Source of the DNA: Eledone cirrhosa
Lineage: Eukaryota
NCBI GenBank assembly: GCA_964016885.1
Contig: OZ024742.1
Span: forward strand, 134,664,001-134,728,000
Direction of reading: 5' to 3'
Length of the DNA: 64,000 nucleotides
A program made the translations under genes and the position numbers. Within the stretch, counting starts at the first letter, position 1. Every line of letters starts with the position of its first letter. Below, piece by piece: positions 44,969 to 58,782 of the stretch. The notes below the pieces were generated by a model. The model searched no databases, was not told where the DNA came from, and saw only the letters and a list, made by a program, of their open reading frames with translations.

Positions 44969-45387
44969 TTGCATTCCAGTTATATTTTACCTTATATATT
45001 CTTTAAAATATTTTTGCTCTATTATTATATATATATTTTGTTTATTTGGCAAACATGTGTGAAGACGTTACAAGTCTGCGAGAGATTCGTAATTTTATTC
45101 TTTTAAAGTCGTGTGTTGTGATTGTTTTGTTGATAACGGGGCATAAGTTACCCACCTTTCCCCGAGAAGGGGTGGGGCGTTCAATATTTGGGCTTTAAGC
45201 CCGAATATTCAGATTTTTTTTCATTTGAAAAATAATTAACATCGCCGAAAAAACGTAAAACATGAATCTGTAAACAATGTGCAGTTCAAAAGGTCAAACG
45301 GAACAATTACTACTACTACTGCTACTACTACGACTACTGCTACTACTACGACTACTGCTACTACTACGACTACAACGACGACGACTT

Positions 45388-45430
<43 letters not shown>

Positions 45431-45879
45431 ATACATGTGTGATAAGACTGGACAGTGCTGCTGAATGTGAGAGAATTGTACAAGCGAAGAGAATTATAAA
45501 CATTAAACGTTCCACGCTACCACCTCCACCCCACACTCAACCACCGTCACCACACCACCGCTACCACCACATCCAACCACCGTCACCACCACTGCTGCTA
45601 CCACCCCCTCCAAACACAGTCACCACCACTGCCGCTACCACCACCTCCAACCACAGCCACGCCCACTATCACTACCACCACCTCCAACCACCGTCACCAC
45701 CACTGCCGCTACCACCACCTCCAAACACCTTCACCACCACTTTATCTACCACCACCACCACAACAGCAACAAGAATAACACCAACCTTAACATCAACAGC
45801 CTCAATATAAACATTAATAACGATAGCTGCAGCAACAACAAAGTAAACAACAATATGAACGACAGCAACACCAACAACA

Positions 45880-48800
45880 ACTGTAATAATGACAGCAACG
45901 CCAGCTACAACAACAACAAGAATGACAACACCAACCACAAGCCCAACACTGAAAGCAGCAACAAACAACAGCGCGTTCACGGCGGCGGCGGCTGCGAAAA
46001 CAAAACGAATTTTTGACGTCGATACTGCAGACAAGGAGCAACAGTTGCCTCAGGCGTGGACGTTAATTAAACGCGAGAAATCCTGGGCCAACCTAAATTC
46101 AAAGGAGGACTTTACATTTCCGATGTATTTCGGTGCAGACTCGCAAGGTGGAACTCGCCAGCCAGGCAGAAGTCGAGGCTGATTTGGAATGCATCATAAA
46201 TGATATTGAATACAAAGCAAGGGCTAGGCAGTTCGGCACCATCTCGGTTCTATTCAAAAATAAAGCCCTTGCCATTAAGCAATCCATGGCCCCCTACAGA
46301 ACAAAACGCATCTCCATGCACCGTCCTACATGTGCAAAACACCAGCGAATGTCCGCATTCCTAGGATCCCACCAGTAATGTACCTATAGTGAACCCTGGG
46401 ATGCGAAATCGACGATGGTACCGACACTACACATGCAGATATCAAAAAGTCTGACAGAAAGCACTGGTCCGGGATGGATTTGGAGATTCTTCTCCAAATA
46501 AAACCAGAAGACCTAAATAACATCCCGGATGTGTCCGCCTACAGAACGGGTCAACGTTTCAGTTGATTACTGGGAGAAGAATACCGGCCTGCTTCGTCTG
46601 CTGTGAAGCAACGCATCTGCGGGCCTTCTGCCCTCAGCTCAAAAACACAGGGGGCCGCAAACTTCCTTTTCTGCCAACGCCAGTGCCGGGATGGAAGGCT
46701 CCACCAACACTGACACCGGTAGCTCCACCAACAGCAAAAACAGTCGAACCACCACAAACACCAAAACCAACCCATGGGCAAATTGATGTAAGCTCTCCCA
46801 TTCCCTCTACCCTCAAAACATACATATAGACAAAAACATTAACGCACACACAGACACAGATACACATACAGCCTCAGAGCTGTCATCTCTAGTAGTGAAG
46901 ATGAGGGAAAACACAAATCCACCAAAAAGCAAAAGAGAAAACACACAAAGAAAAAGCCCCCACAAAGCACAAAAACACCTGTAACAAAATATACAGACAC
47001 CACCAACGTAAACATTTCCCAAACAACCCCAACAACACCACTATCCCAACAAGCCCCGAAACGCAAACAACCTAAAGAAAGAAAATAACAAATAAACACA
47101 CAGACACTTGGAACTGCAGAGACCACGCCTACAACAAACACAAACATACCGTAAACAACACCAACAGAGCCATCACCACCACAGTCGCCCTAAGGAAAAA
47201 CAAATAAAACCGCAACAACAAAGCATAAAAAAACTTCGTGCTTGTCAAAAGAGCCGACGAGCAATTGATGGCACTCGTAGCACGGAGCGAAGAAATTGAA
47301 ACAGAAGGGAAGATTTGTGAATCGAGCAGACTTCGCGTGCCAGAAGATTTGGTTCTGGCAGGAATGTCACTCGGTTCCTACGAAGTAATTCTTCAGCACG
47401 TGGGAACTCCGAACGTGAAACGCACATCCAGACTTTTAAAGGGTTTCCCAAAAGAAACGCCAACAACTATGGAGGTCGAACCACCCGACCATCACAAGAG
47501 TCCAGGAGGTAAGTAAACCTTCCCTCTCTGTTTTAGCCTGCCAAGATGGCCATATTAAGAGTAGGAAGTTTGAATGTTCGTGGCCTTGGGTCGCCCTAGA
47601 AGCAGGGTCACTTGCTCAGCGACATCCATCTCTAGAAATGGATGTAATCGCCGTCAGTGAATTCCGGATTTCCGAGACGCGTGCACTAGCTCCCATATTC
47701 GCCGACTATCAGATATTTACATCTGTTAGTCTGTCGGACATGGGAGGTGGGGTGGCAGTGCTGCTTAGTAAAGGCATGGATCTCGAGGTAAGGTCGATCT
47801 TCCTGGACCCGGGTGGTGAGTTGGTGGTCCCGCACGTGAAGGTGGTACCTTTAAATTGGTGAATGTATTTGCCTCTACTGGGGCCGGACTGCCGGAGTTC
47901 TTTAGGCGCCTGGGAGCCTTTCTGGGTATGTCTCGCTGTTGCGGGGGACTGGAAGGACATCTTAGATGCACGCTGGGATTGTGTGGGATTAGCTGATAGA
48001 TGCGAGGGGTCTAAAAGCCTTAAGTACCTGATCAGCCAATTCCAACTGTCTGACAGGTACCGACTAGATTTCCCTAATGCGCCAGTGTGGAACTAGACCA
48101 ACCGCATAGGGTCATCTAGATCGTATATAGACAGGATTTTCATTAGGAAAATAGATAGATATAGTGTAGGCTATCCACGTTTTAAAACGGTCACCTAATC
48201 AGATCACAAGTTAATGATCTGTATAGTCGACCTCGATAAGAAGTGTATGTTAGGACTTGGTTGTTGTAAGCTGAACACGTCATTTCCGGTACGTAAGGCT
48301 TACAGCGTCCGGGTCAATAATTTAGTTAAGCAAAAGTTAACAGGAGTGATGTCAACAACAGATGGTGGGAGGCTCTCAAAAGAGAGATTAGAGTAGTTTC
48401 GATAGGGTCTAGTAAAGAAGTAGCGTTAGAGAAAGATAGACAGGAGAGGGAGCTGGTAGCTAAGTTAGACGAGGCTATTTGTAGTGGCATTGCAGCTGAC
48501 GTGCTAGTGGCCAGAATGGTATTTTACCGTTTCTTCAAAACAGGAAGGTTGCATTGTCAGAGCAAAGCCGCGTGCTCTGAGAAACGAAGGAACCAAAACT
48601 GTTCGATGGGCCCGCATGTCAGAGGCGCAAAGTGGTAATAAATCCACAATTCGGTCTGTCACGGAACGAGACGGACACGAGCTGACCGATCCCTGGCGGA
48701 GGTTTGAGGTCTTTTGCCAGGAATGTGCTCCGTTGTTCGGAGGGAGTGAAGGAGTCATAGACAGTAGCGGACTTCAGTCCCTACCTAGACGGATTGCTGC

Positions 48801-49905
48801 GCCTCTCGACGGTCAACGCTGAGCACTGCGAAACCTCGATAACTTCAGCCGGATTTCAGGATGCCCTTGTCGGCTGCACGAGGCGTAATTTACCCGGTTT
48901 GTATGGTCTGCCGTACGAGCTTTACGTAAATATGCAAGACTTGTACACCGATCTTCTCGATGCGCTTTATTGCAACAGGCAGCAGAACGGGAGTATACCC
49001 AGTTCTGTGAACCGGGGCTGAAAAGGTAAGACCAGAGCAACAGTGACACATCAGGTCCATAAATCTGCACAACACAGAGTATAAGATTTCGGCCAAGTGT
49101 TAGCGATGAGGTTGACGCTTATCGTCGAATATTTGGTTGAGGAGGTGCAAAGTTGCGCAATACCGACCAGGGACAATACACGACAACATCCATCTCATAC
49201 GATACATCATATAGAGGATAGCGTGTAAACCTGGCTTCGGTGGGGCTCTGGTCTATATAGATCAATCAAAAGCATTCAATAGGATCGACCATTGGTATGT
49301 GGGTGCTGTCCTCAAAACATCTGGCTTCGTCCCGGTCTTCAGAAGCTAGATCGCTGCAATACACAGCGGCATCTGCTCGGTATTCAAAGTTATTGGCCTT
49401 CTCTCGGAACCGTTTCAGATCTCCCGATCGGTCAGTAAAGTGTGCCCTCTCTCCTCGCTTCTGTACGTATTGACACTCGAGCCGTTACTGCGGAGGCTGG
49501 AGTTGTTGCAGGGCATTGCGCTCGAACAGGGACGCGGAAAGGCTGTGTCGGTTTATGCGGACAACCTCACCGTGATAATGTCAGACCCCGCGGAAATCGA
49601 GGTGGTTGGCACCTTATTGGTAGAATATGAAAGGTTGACCGGAGCGAAAATTAACCAGTAATAGAAAGGTGGGCTTGCAGCACAGCACCTGGAGAAGCAA
49701 GTCCATGCGTCCAACAGCCTCGACGGACGCTGGACGGACGAAAGGACCGGTAAAGTTGCTGTGGATTTGGTTCGGACCAGACTTCCAGGTTGATATAAAT
49801 TGGGACCAGGTGACGGGTAGCAAGTCGATCTTAGAAATGTGCTGTCAGGAAGCTATCACTGAAAGGTCGGGTGAAGGTGGCGAATATGTACATCGCAAAT
49901 TAAGA
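45880..49905 (+). mobile_element. Decayed Tx1/L1-clade LINE (ORF1 zinc knuckle; ORF2 APE + RT), 3'-truncated
   Basis: ORF1 CCHC knuckle CFVCCEATHLRAFC (~46590-46630). ORF2 from ATG 47546: MAILRVGSLNVRGL, DVIAVSE, SRSYIDRIF, SDHKL. RT: LPGLYGLPYELY, CPLSSLLYVL, VSVYADNL, TGAKIN. Many stops and frameshifts; ends at (TA)n(GA)n. Confidence 0.9.
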
Positions 49906-49939
49906 TTTGGGCTTACGCTTAATATATATATATATATAT

Positions 49940-49989
<50 letters not shown>

Positions 49990-50094
49990 GCATAAGTATA
50001 TACACAGCAAGTATACTACTTACCTATTGTTATATTATGTCGTAAAGTTTTCTATTCTTTGCGGGAAAAAAGTTTTCATTGGCTATACGCACAC

Positions 50095-50174
<80 letters not shown>

Positions 50175-50501
50175 CTGTGTGTGTGTGCGCGCGCGTGTGC
50201 GTGTGTGTATACGTGTCTCTTTGTGTGTCTGTGTGTATGTGAGTGTGTATATATGCAAACGAAGTTTGTAACTTATGCGTTAATATATGTATTTATGCAT
50301 AAGAAATTATAGTATTTAATGGTTTCACGGTAAAGAAAAAACTAAAAATGAAATGAAAATTTCCTATACAAATATGAAGATATCCGACAGTGGTTAAAGT
50401 CTGATTCAGCCTGTGTATTACTGATAAATTTGCCAAGGGAGATAACTTAAGTGGTTGTTTAAATCTTAATAAATACAGACATACAAACTTATGCATATGA
50501 T

Positions 50502-50536
<35 letters not shown>

Positions 50537-50560
50537 TATGTAAATATATATATATATATT

Positions 50561-50622
<62 letters not shown>

Positions 50623-51910
50623 GAGCGTATACATGCGCCTTTGCCTCTATATGTGTAAAAGTGTGTAAGATCATGTCTATATGTGTATGTTTGCTCAAGA
50701 TAGAAGTGTTTGACTTTTTATTTGTTTTACTAATTTTCATATTTATATTTAAAATACATTTCTTTATTCTATCGGGATAAACTAGCTCCATATTTCTCTC
50801 CACCTTCAGATTTTCTTTATATCTATTATCTTTGCACCCATCAATATTATATATATGTCATCATCATCATCTACATTATTCGATCATTCTTTTATTTCCC
50901 AACTTCACCGTTTTCATCGCTCATGATATCAACGTTTTTCCGTAGTACTACAAGTCTGCGAGTCAAATCAGCCATCAAATATGAAGATTATTTGTACTGC
51001 TACTTCAAATTCTGGTACGTGCGGCTACACTTATAATACAGTTACAGTTAATTAATAATGCTTCCGGCTGCATTTCCGGGTAATTTTATACGTATGTAAT
51101 ATTATACGTATATGCAATGTCACGTATACGTTTTCATTTTTAACAAATGACCTAATTTTATACAATCTTTGTATATCTATATATGTGAAAAATAATGAAT
51201 ACGATTAAAACATATTAAAACATATTTATTTGTATCGCCGTGTGGATATGAAACGGGAAACTCACTCCCTACTTTCTATATAGATATAACCTTCATTAAA
51301 GATAAAAGCATATTCTACAGATGAAGAAAAGTATAATAGGCCTAAAAGTAGTATTTACACACAAGTAGATAGCTATGCCTCCCAGTATAATTAATATTGC
51401 AGGCTATGAAATATTAATTAATTAATTAATTCTGCATTATCCACAGGAATTAGGCATGCCAACCATATTTTTTCATTTATAGTTTGGTTTTGCTAATCAT
51501 CCAATATTACATTGCAGTACATTTTAAAAAGAGTTATTTCTTGCATAGCACGTTCTATTACTTCGGGAGAAGATTTATTTTACTTTTATTAAAATTTATA
51601 AGCCAAAAAATAAAGACCTCCTCCCGAAACTTAGTTGCGGAGAGCTATAACTAGTGTTTGACATCTCTAACACAGAGTAAGGCGTCTTGCAGCACATGGA
51701 TTTAACATTATGGAAATTAACTACAATATTTATGTATAACAGCATCATTATGGATAATTTGCAATATGAAACATAAGATATCCAAAAATATTTCAATTTT
51801 AGATTTTGCAAGATAGACGAGTTTCAGTGAAATATGGGAGAGCTTATTGAAGTTGATATATTATGAATTGAATAATGCTAATCTGATGGGGTATGTTACC
51901 TTAATTTAAT

Positions 51911-52069
51911 TGTTTCTACTTTAGTCACAAGGCCAGCAATTATCCAGTGCATTACTGGTACTTTATTTTATCGACCCCGTAAGGATGAAAGGCAAAGTCA
52001 ACCTCGGCGGGATTTGACTTTGCCTTTCCGCCGATGTTGACTTTGCCTTTCATCCTTACGGGGTCGATA
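51911..52069 (-). mobile_element. SINE 3' fragment with inverted 5' part
   Basis: Minus-strand tail and core 51911-52015, then a plus-strand copy of the core 52027-52069. TAATTTAAT on both sides. Confidence 0.8.
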
Positions 52070-53044
52070 TAATTTAATATTTGGTGGAATTCATTAATTA
52101 AATATAATGATGTCTTAATGCCATACATGATAATACATAGCAATAGTGGTTTTACATCAAGGACTTTGTAGAAAATTAAATCCATTTCCCTAGCTACGTT
52201 TCGTATCTTCATCAGAGAATACTACGGATTATTCTTATAACATATAGTGTGTAGATATTCATAGTTTCCTACGGTTGAATGCGAACACATTGCTCAGAGA
52301 ACCAGAATAATTATGATTTAGCATTATATCTCTCGGTTTAATGATTATGACAAGTCGGTGCCTCAAGAGATATTATATATGTTAGATGAAGACAAACTAT
52401 GGAAAGTATGTTTCTTAATATTAGGTATATTAAAGTAAATAATAGTATATTAGACAAGATGACTTTTATATATATCAAGGAGACACCTTCATATATAAAA
52501 CTTCCTTTATAAAGACAGTATAGAATAGAGTAGTTTTAGTGAAAAATGAATGAGTATATTAAAGTTGGTTTATTATGAATTAAATAGTGCTAACATGTTA
52601 TTGATATGTTAGCTTAATTTAATATTTGTTGGAACTCGTGAGGGAATTATAATGATTTACTAATGCCACACAAGGAAATACATAACCAAAGGGGTTGGGA
52701 TTGACTAGACTCCTTCAAATGTTATAAGCATGAATGTAGGCAAAACTAATACAGCTATACTCACACTCCGGATTCAGCTTAACTCGATAGTTTACTTACA
52801 TCACTCGTAAACAGTGCTCGACAACGTATCATGAAAACTGTTACCATTTCACTTTATGAAATATATTTATACATACGATGAAAATGATTAATTAATTTAT
52901 TCGTTCATCCGTTGACTTTTGAGATTTTGAGATTTGAAATTAAACAATATGGTCCTAAAATTGTTGTTTTCTGAGGTAATTTATTTCATGTTCCAACAAT
53001 ATTTATAGTTATCAGCTATTAAAAGAGTTGTCTGCATTATGTAT

Positions 53045-53104
<60 letters not shown>

Positions 53105-53171
53105 GTGTATGTGAGTGTGTATGTGTGTGTGTGTGTGCGTGTGTGTGAGTATGCGCGTGTGTGTGTATATA

Positions 53172-53370
53172 TAACGAAGGAAGTGTGGTAAGGAACCAGG
53201 TGGCCCATAACGCACCAGAGTACTCAATACTTAGGGTAGTAGAGTGGGTAATTGGAAAAATGTTCAAGACCACGATGGCAGAGCTCAAGCCGTTTAGACG
53301 GCTATTTCTGGACTCAGAAATAGCCGTGGAAATGCCTTGAGCTCTGCCGTCGGGGTCTTGAACAATTTAA
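53172..53370 (-). mobile_element. Mini foldback element (hairpin + ~85 nt tail), family shared with 63235-63422
   Basis: Hairpin ~53258-53368 (TGTTCAAGACC...GGTCTTGAACA). The tail is homologous to 63335-63422. TA-rich microsatellite on both sides. Confidence 0.75.
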
Positions 53371-53390
53371 TATATCTATCTATATCTATC

Positions 53391-53428
<38 letters not shown>

Positions 53429-53485
53429 TATATAATACAAGTTGGTTTAAGACTCAAACTTATACTTATATGACACTAACGATAA

Positions 53486-53668
53486 TTGTTTCTACACTAG
53501 GTACAAGGCAAGCAATCCACCAGTGAATTACTGGGACTTTATTTTATCGACCCCGTAAGGATAAAAGGCAATGTCAACCTCGGCGGGATTTGAACTCAGA
53601 TCGTAAAGGGACGTAACTATGCTGGAAAGTATGGCGTCCGACCCTCTACTGATACTGCCAATCCAGCG
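53486..53668 (-). mobile_element. SINE, near full length
   Basis: Reverse complement of the SINE head, core and tail. Confidence 0.88.
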
Positions 53669-55329
53669 TGTTTAACACTGTAATATAACTAGTTGATTTG
53701 CTCTAATAGTAGATGAGATGTTAAGCACGTCTGATAGACCTTAAACGACTGTAAAGCTAATACGATATGAAGTATTTTTAACTAGACGTTTAAAATATCT
53801 TATATTGATGAGAGCATTCTGACGAAGTGATATATGTATATGCTTAAATGATATTTTTATTAATGGTTGCTATTATCTTCGTTGGCATTCGTACGCAGAC
53901 TCGCAAAATCCATAATCTCACATACTTACATACATACATACACACATACACACATACACACATACACACATACACACATACACACATACATACGCACTTA
54001 CAAACATACATACACACATACAAACATACATACATACATACAAACATACATACATACATACATACATACATGCATATATACATTTTTTTTACTATAATCG
54101 CTTTGCCGGTAATTAAAACCAACTTATCTTTTTTTGTGAGACAACAGGAACTCATAATCTGATGACTTCTACGATGTATTTTGCCTGTCGCTGAGGACCA
54201 TGATAAAATAACTACCTTCCTATTGATGAATTTTTAATTCACGTTTTTCTAATTCCATAATTCTTTTTATTTAGCAGACCTATGGAATTAGACGTTCCAG
54301 CCGTAAGCAAACCGTGATCAAGCTGCGATATTATTTCGGGACTTATTATCCAACGCCTAAATATATATTTTTTAATTTGACATTGTTATTCAAGGATCTT
54401 AAGTAGCTTTTTTATGTAACTGGACAAGAGACTGCATTGAAAACACCGTAGTATGAGGCATTATGATAACATGTATAGTGAATGTGTAAAGAGTATCGAA
54501 ATAGAAATCCAACAGATATTGCGTGCTTAAAACCAACAATTCTATGTGAATTATGTGCTAATGTGTAACAAAAGTATGCTTTGTCCTTTTATTCTCTTTC
54601 CTAAAATATGAAGCTAATTGAAAGTACAGTAATTTAGACCCTTTCAAATTTCGCTTCTATAGATTTTATGGTAACATTTTATGGTAACACAAGATCCACA
54701 AGTGTATCAACCTCTGTAGAAAATATTACGTTGCCATGGATTGCGGAAAATAAAGGATGCCTTAAGGTATCATATATATATATTGGTATTCTATGACAAA
54801 CACTTCTTATTTTATTTGCATATTATTTCTTACGTACCGAGACAAACTAAATACTTCTGATTGTAATGAAACGATAGAAAACGAAGTGTAAACGATAAAC
54901 TCAGGAGAGTTGCTGCATATATTATAATATATAGACTGCGCCTATGCAACTGGTAGCAGTGGGAAGGACATGGCTATGCTCAACAGAGTTAAATAATCAA
55001 CTACGACTATCTCGCAACAAAAACAATTTATATTAATACAACCAACAAAAGTCATATTGAAGTCTCATATCTAAATAGCACGAACATGGACTATATGGTG
55101 TTCAATACATGGTATTATAGCTCCCAATCCGAAGCTCAAGTCATCAACAATCAGCCAGAAATATCATCAATACGACGCTTACCTATCTATTTTCACAGCA
55201 CTGGTCATTGTGTTCCCAAAACGTTAGCGCTATCAACATTTCATATATGTACTGGAATGAATATCACTATACATCTATTTATCTATCTACCTCTCTATAT
55301 ATTTATTCGATTGTTTTTAAAATTGCATT

Positions 55330-55420
55330 TGTGATAGTATTTTACGTTTTTATTGTATGTAAACTTCCCCCTTTGTATTTGTCCCCTTCCTTTGTGCCCC
55401 TGTGGCTAATAAAGAAACAT
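55330..55420 (+). mobile_element. Probable LINE (L1/Tx1-like) 3' terminal fragment
   Basis: GTATGTAAACTTCCCCCTTTGTATTTGTCC...AATAAAGAAA is homologous to the reverse complement of ~21514-21580. Both end beside microsatellites. Family assignment is inferred. Confidence 0.4.
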
Positions 55421-55440
55421 ATCTATATATTCTTCTCTCT

Positions 55441-55530
<90 letters not shown>

Positions 55531-55569
55531 ATAATAATAAATTTGAAGACTAAAATCCAAAGAGGGCTC

Positions 55570-56140
55570 GATCAAGATAGTGTTACAACCTCACAAATAT
55601 ACATATAAAGAACAAATAATAACAAGGATTTAATTAAGACATTTAATTGATTTACGACCGTTTCGTTAAACTAATGCGAATATTCAATTCCTGCTACAAT
55701 AACTACTCAGAGCCGATTAAATAAATAAAAAAAAAATATATATATATATATATGTGCGTGTGTGTGTGTGTGTGCGCGCGCACGCGTGTGTGTGTGTGTT
55801 AGTGTGTGAGTGTGTGTGTGTCTGTGTGTGTGAGTGCGTATGTGTCTGTGTAAACAATTTAAAGTACGTTGATAATACAACCATATAACACATGAGGGAA
55901 TTCTTAAACTCAATGTGACATTGGAGACAAAAGCAAGATTGTTAAAAACAGTTGAGAGTGTACTCCAATCTGTAAATTTCCGATCAAGATAGTGCTACAA
56001 CCTCACAGATAATATATATACATATAAAGATCAAATAATAACAAGGATTTAATTAAGACATTTAATTGATTTACGACCGTTTCATTAAACTAATGCGAAT
56101 ATTCAATTCCTGCTAACTACTCAGAGCCGATTAAATACAA
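55570..56140 (-). repeat. Tandem duplication (419 bp period), each copy carrying a hammerhead-like motif
   Basis: 55570-55725 repeats at 55981-56135. Minus strand: TTTAATCGGCT-CTGAGTA-GTTA...(T/TA)AAC/AAT-GAAA-CGGTCG-T-A-AATCAATTAAA at 55642-55721 and 56061-56135. Confidence 0.7.
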
Positions 56141-56606
56141 ATATATATATACTTTATATGTTCAGAAAATCCAGTGAGAGATTGAAAAACAATAGCATTC
56201 GAATGTTGTACGGAAAATAAAAAGAAAATGTGGCAGCTTAAAGACGTATTTAAAATGTTTCAGTAATAAAATGTTAAATATAACGTTGAGTAACTATAGA
56301 TGTTTTACGAACTAAAATACATTGATACATTCACAATTCATACTAAATTGAGTCATCCAACTGGAATATAGAAGTTATGTAGAAGTTATAAAATCATTAT
56401 TAATAGAATATGCTAAAAAAAAAATCAATAAAAAACATTTATGTAAGCATACAATAGACAGACAAATGTGATGGTCATTTTCGGAAGTCTGTGTATTGAA
56501 GTATTTTCTTTTGAAGCTATCTTTCACACGCTCGGCCCTCCCCTCTCTCATTGTATTTCTCTCTCAACAAGAACTGGCGTATTGTTGAGAGAGAAATGTA
56601 ATTAGA

Positions 56607-56655
<49 letters not shown>

Positions 56656-56854
56656 AGAAATATAGATATTGAAATCTATCAATTTGTATTTATGACATCA
56701 CTTATTTTTGGCTTATGCTTGAAACTATCGTACTATCTTTCGCACACTTACTCACTATATATCTCATTGTATTTCTCTCTTAACAACAGCATCTTCCCTT
56801 AGAGGGAAAAGGCAGGAGTGAAAAGTTGTTGTTGTTTGTTGTTCAGAAAGAAAT

Positions 56855-56956
<102 letters not shown>

Positions 56957-58195
56957 TGTGTGTGTGTGTGTGTCTGAAATATATAGAGAGGGGGAGAAAT
57001 TAATGTGTTGAAACGTTAGCACTTAAAATTCTTTTTTAAAAGTCTCTCATCATCAAACGACCAACCACTCTTTCATACACGCACACACTCACACTCTCTC
57101 ACTGAGTTTCTCTCTCAATGACAAAATCTGTTCACTCCTCCCCTTCTTCCCTCTTTCTACAGATTTCTAGTGATGGACAGACAAACGGGGATCACCTTGT
57201 ATTTTATAACATAGATTTGAAACCAATTCATGAACTTTATATAATCAATCTCGATAATAAGAAACATACGCTCGGCGCCCAAATAATACGGAAGTGTGGA
57301 ATAGGTGGTGGGTTGGACAGTTGGGGACTTTTCCAGATTGTCTCCATTGATTGATTTTTTTTAAACAGAATTAGTCGTTTAGTTTACATATTGAGATCCA
57401 AACCATCTAATTTATTTTATAACGTATGGGTATTCTGCTAATATATTTTGTCATGTATAATGTTTATTTTAATATCTAAAGAAAATTTATTGTCACAGGA
57501 ATGCTAGCAGCTAGCAGTGAAAATAAAATTTCGCTGAAGATAGATAAGCGAACTTCATCAAGCGTGTTTGTGAATAAGAGTAGGGGCATTAGAAAAAGTT
57601 CGAACAATCAAAAAGTTGTGTAGGGGAGAATGATTATGTGAGAGCCAAGAATACTTATTATGTTCGTAAGACATTTGATATAACATTAGACATTTGATAT
57701 AACATTAATATTAAAATTAAGTACCCTCAGGTTTTGTCTATAACATTACGTAGGTAAATACATCAGAATTGTTTTACCCTTAAATTCCTTGATATCTCAT
57801 GGAAACCGTTATATAAACATGTATACACTTATTGCGTAGGTCACCCTCGATATTTAATTTCTATACATATTTTGGCCTACATTTTGATTGAATACCTGAT
57901 ATTCTAGATTTAGATATCTATTCATGTAGAACTGTTTTTAATATGACAGGGCTGTAAACGGTCAATTCTACCGAACTCATGTCAGAAATCATATCAGAAT
58001 AACAAGGTTCTATTTTGATAAGTTTTAACCAATTAATGAAATAAAATTTGTAAAAAATATATATTCGTGTTTACACACACACACACATACACACACGCAC
58101 ACACACACGCGCGCGCGCGCATATATATATATATGTCATACAAGAGTTTGCATTATATATATATATGTATGTCATTATATATATATATATGTCAA

Positions 58196-58380
58196 GGGCG
58201 GTGGATTGGCAGTATCGGTAGAGGGTCGGACGCCATGCTTTCCAGCATAGTTACGTCCCTTTACGATCTGAGTTCAAATCCCGCCGAGGTTGACTTTGCC
58301 TTTCATCCTTACGGGGTCTATGAAATAAAGTACCAGTAACGCACTGGGTAATTTCTGGCCTTGTGCCTAAAGTAGAAACA
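58196..58380 (+). mobile_element. SINE, full length
   Basis: Same head, core and tail as 12173-12359. Confidence 0.9.
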
Positions 58381-58708
58381 ATTATATTAGACTGTTGTCA
58401 CTTTAATTTAATTGCAAATTGCTTCAAAACATATAACGTTTTCCTTCGCTCATCTACTCAACAGTCTTGTGTATGCGTTTTTCTTTTTGGTGGGGTCAAA
58501 CTGTATTTTAATATCTATAATTTAATTATCATGGCTTGGCATCTTTTTTTTGTGGGGTGCGGAGATCAATGCAATATCAAGAACTTATTTTGATTTCTTG
58601 GGAATATTTTAAACATACCCTAAATGCATTAACATCGAAGAGAACGTAGAAGTTAACAAAATGTTTTGGTTATTGACGTGGATATAAATTATACACATAC
58701 ACACACCC

Positions 58709-58782
<74 letters not shown>

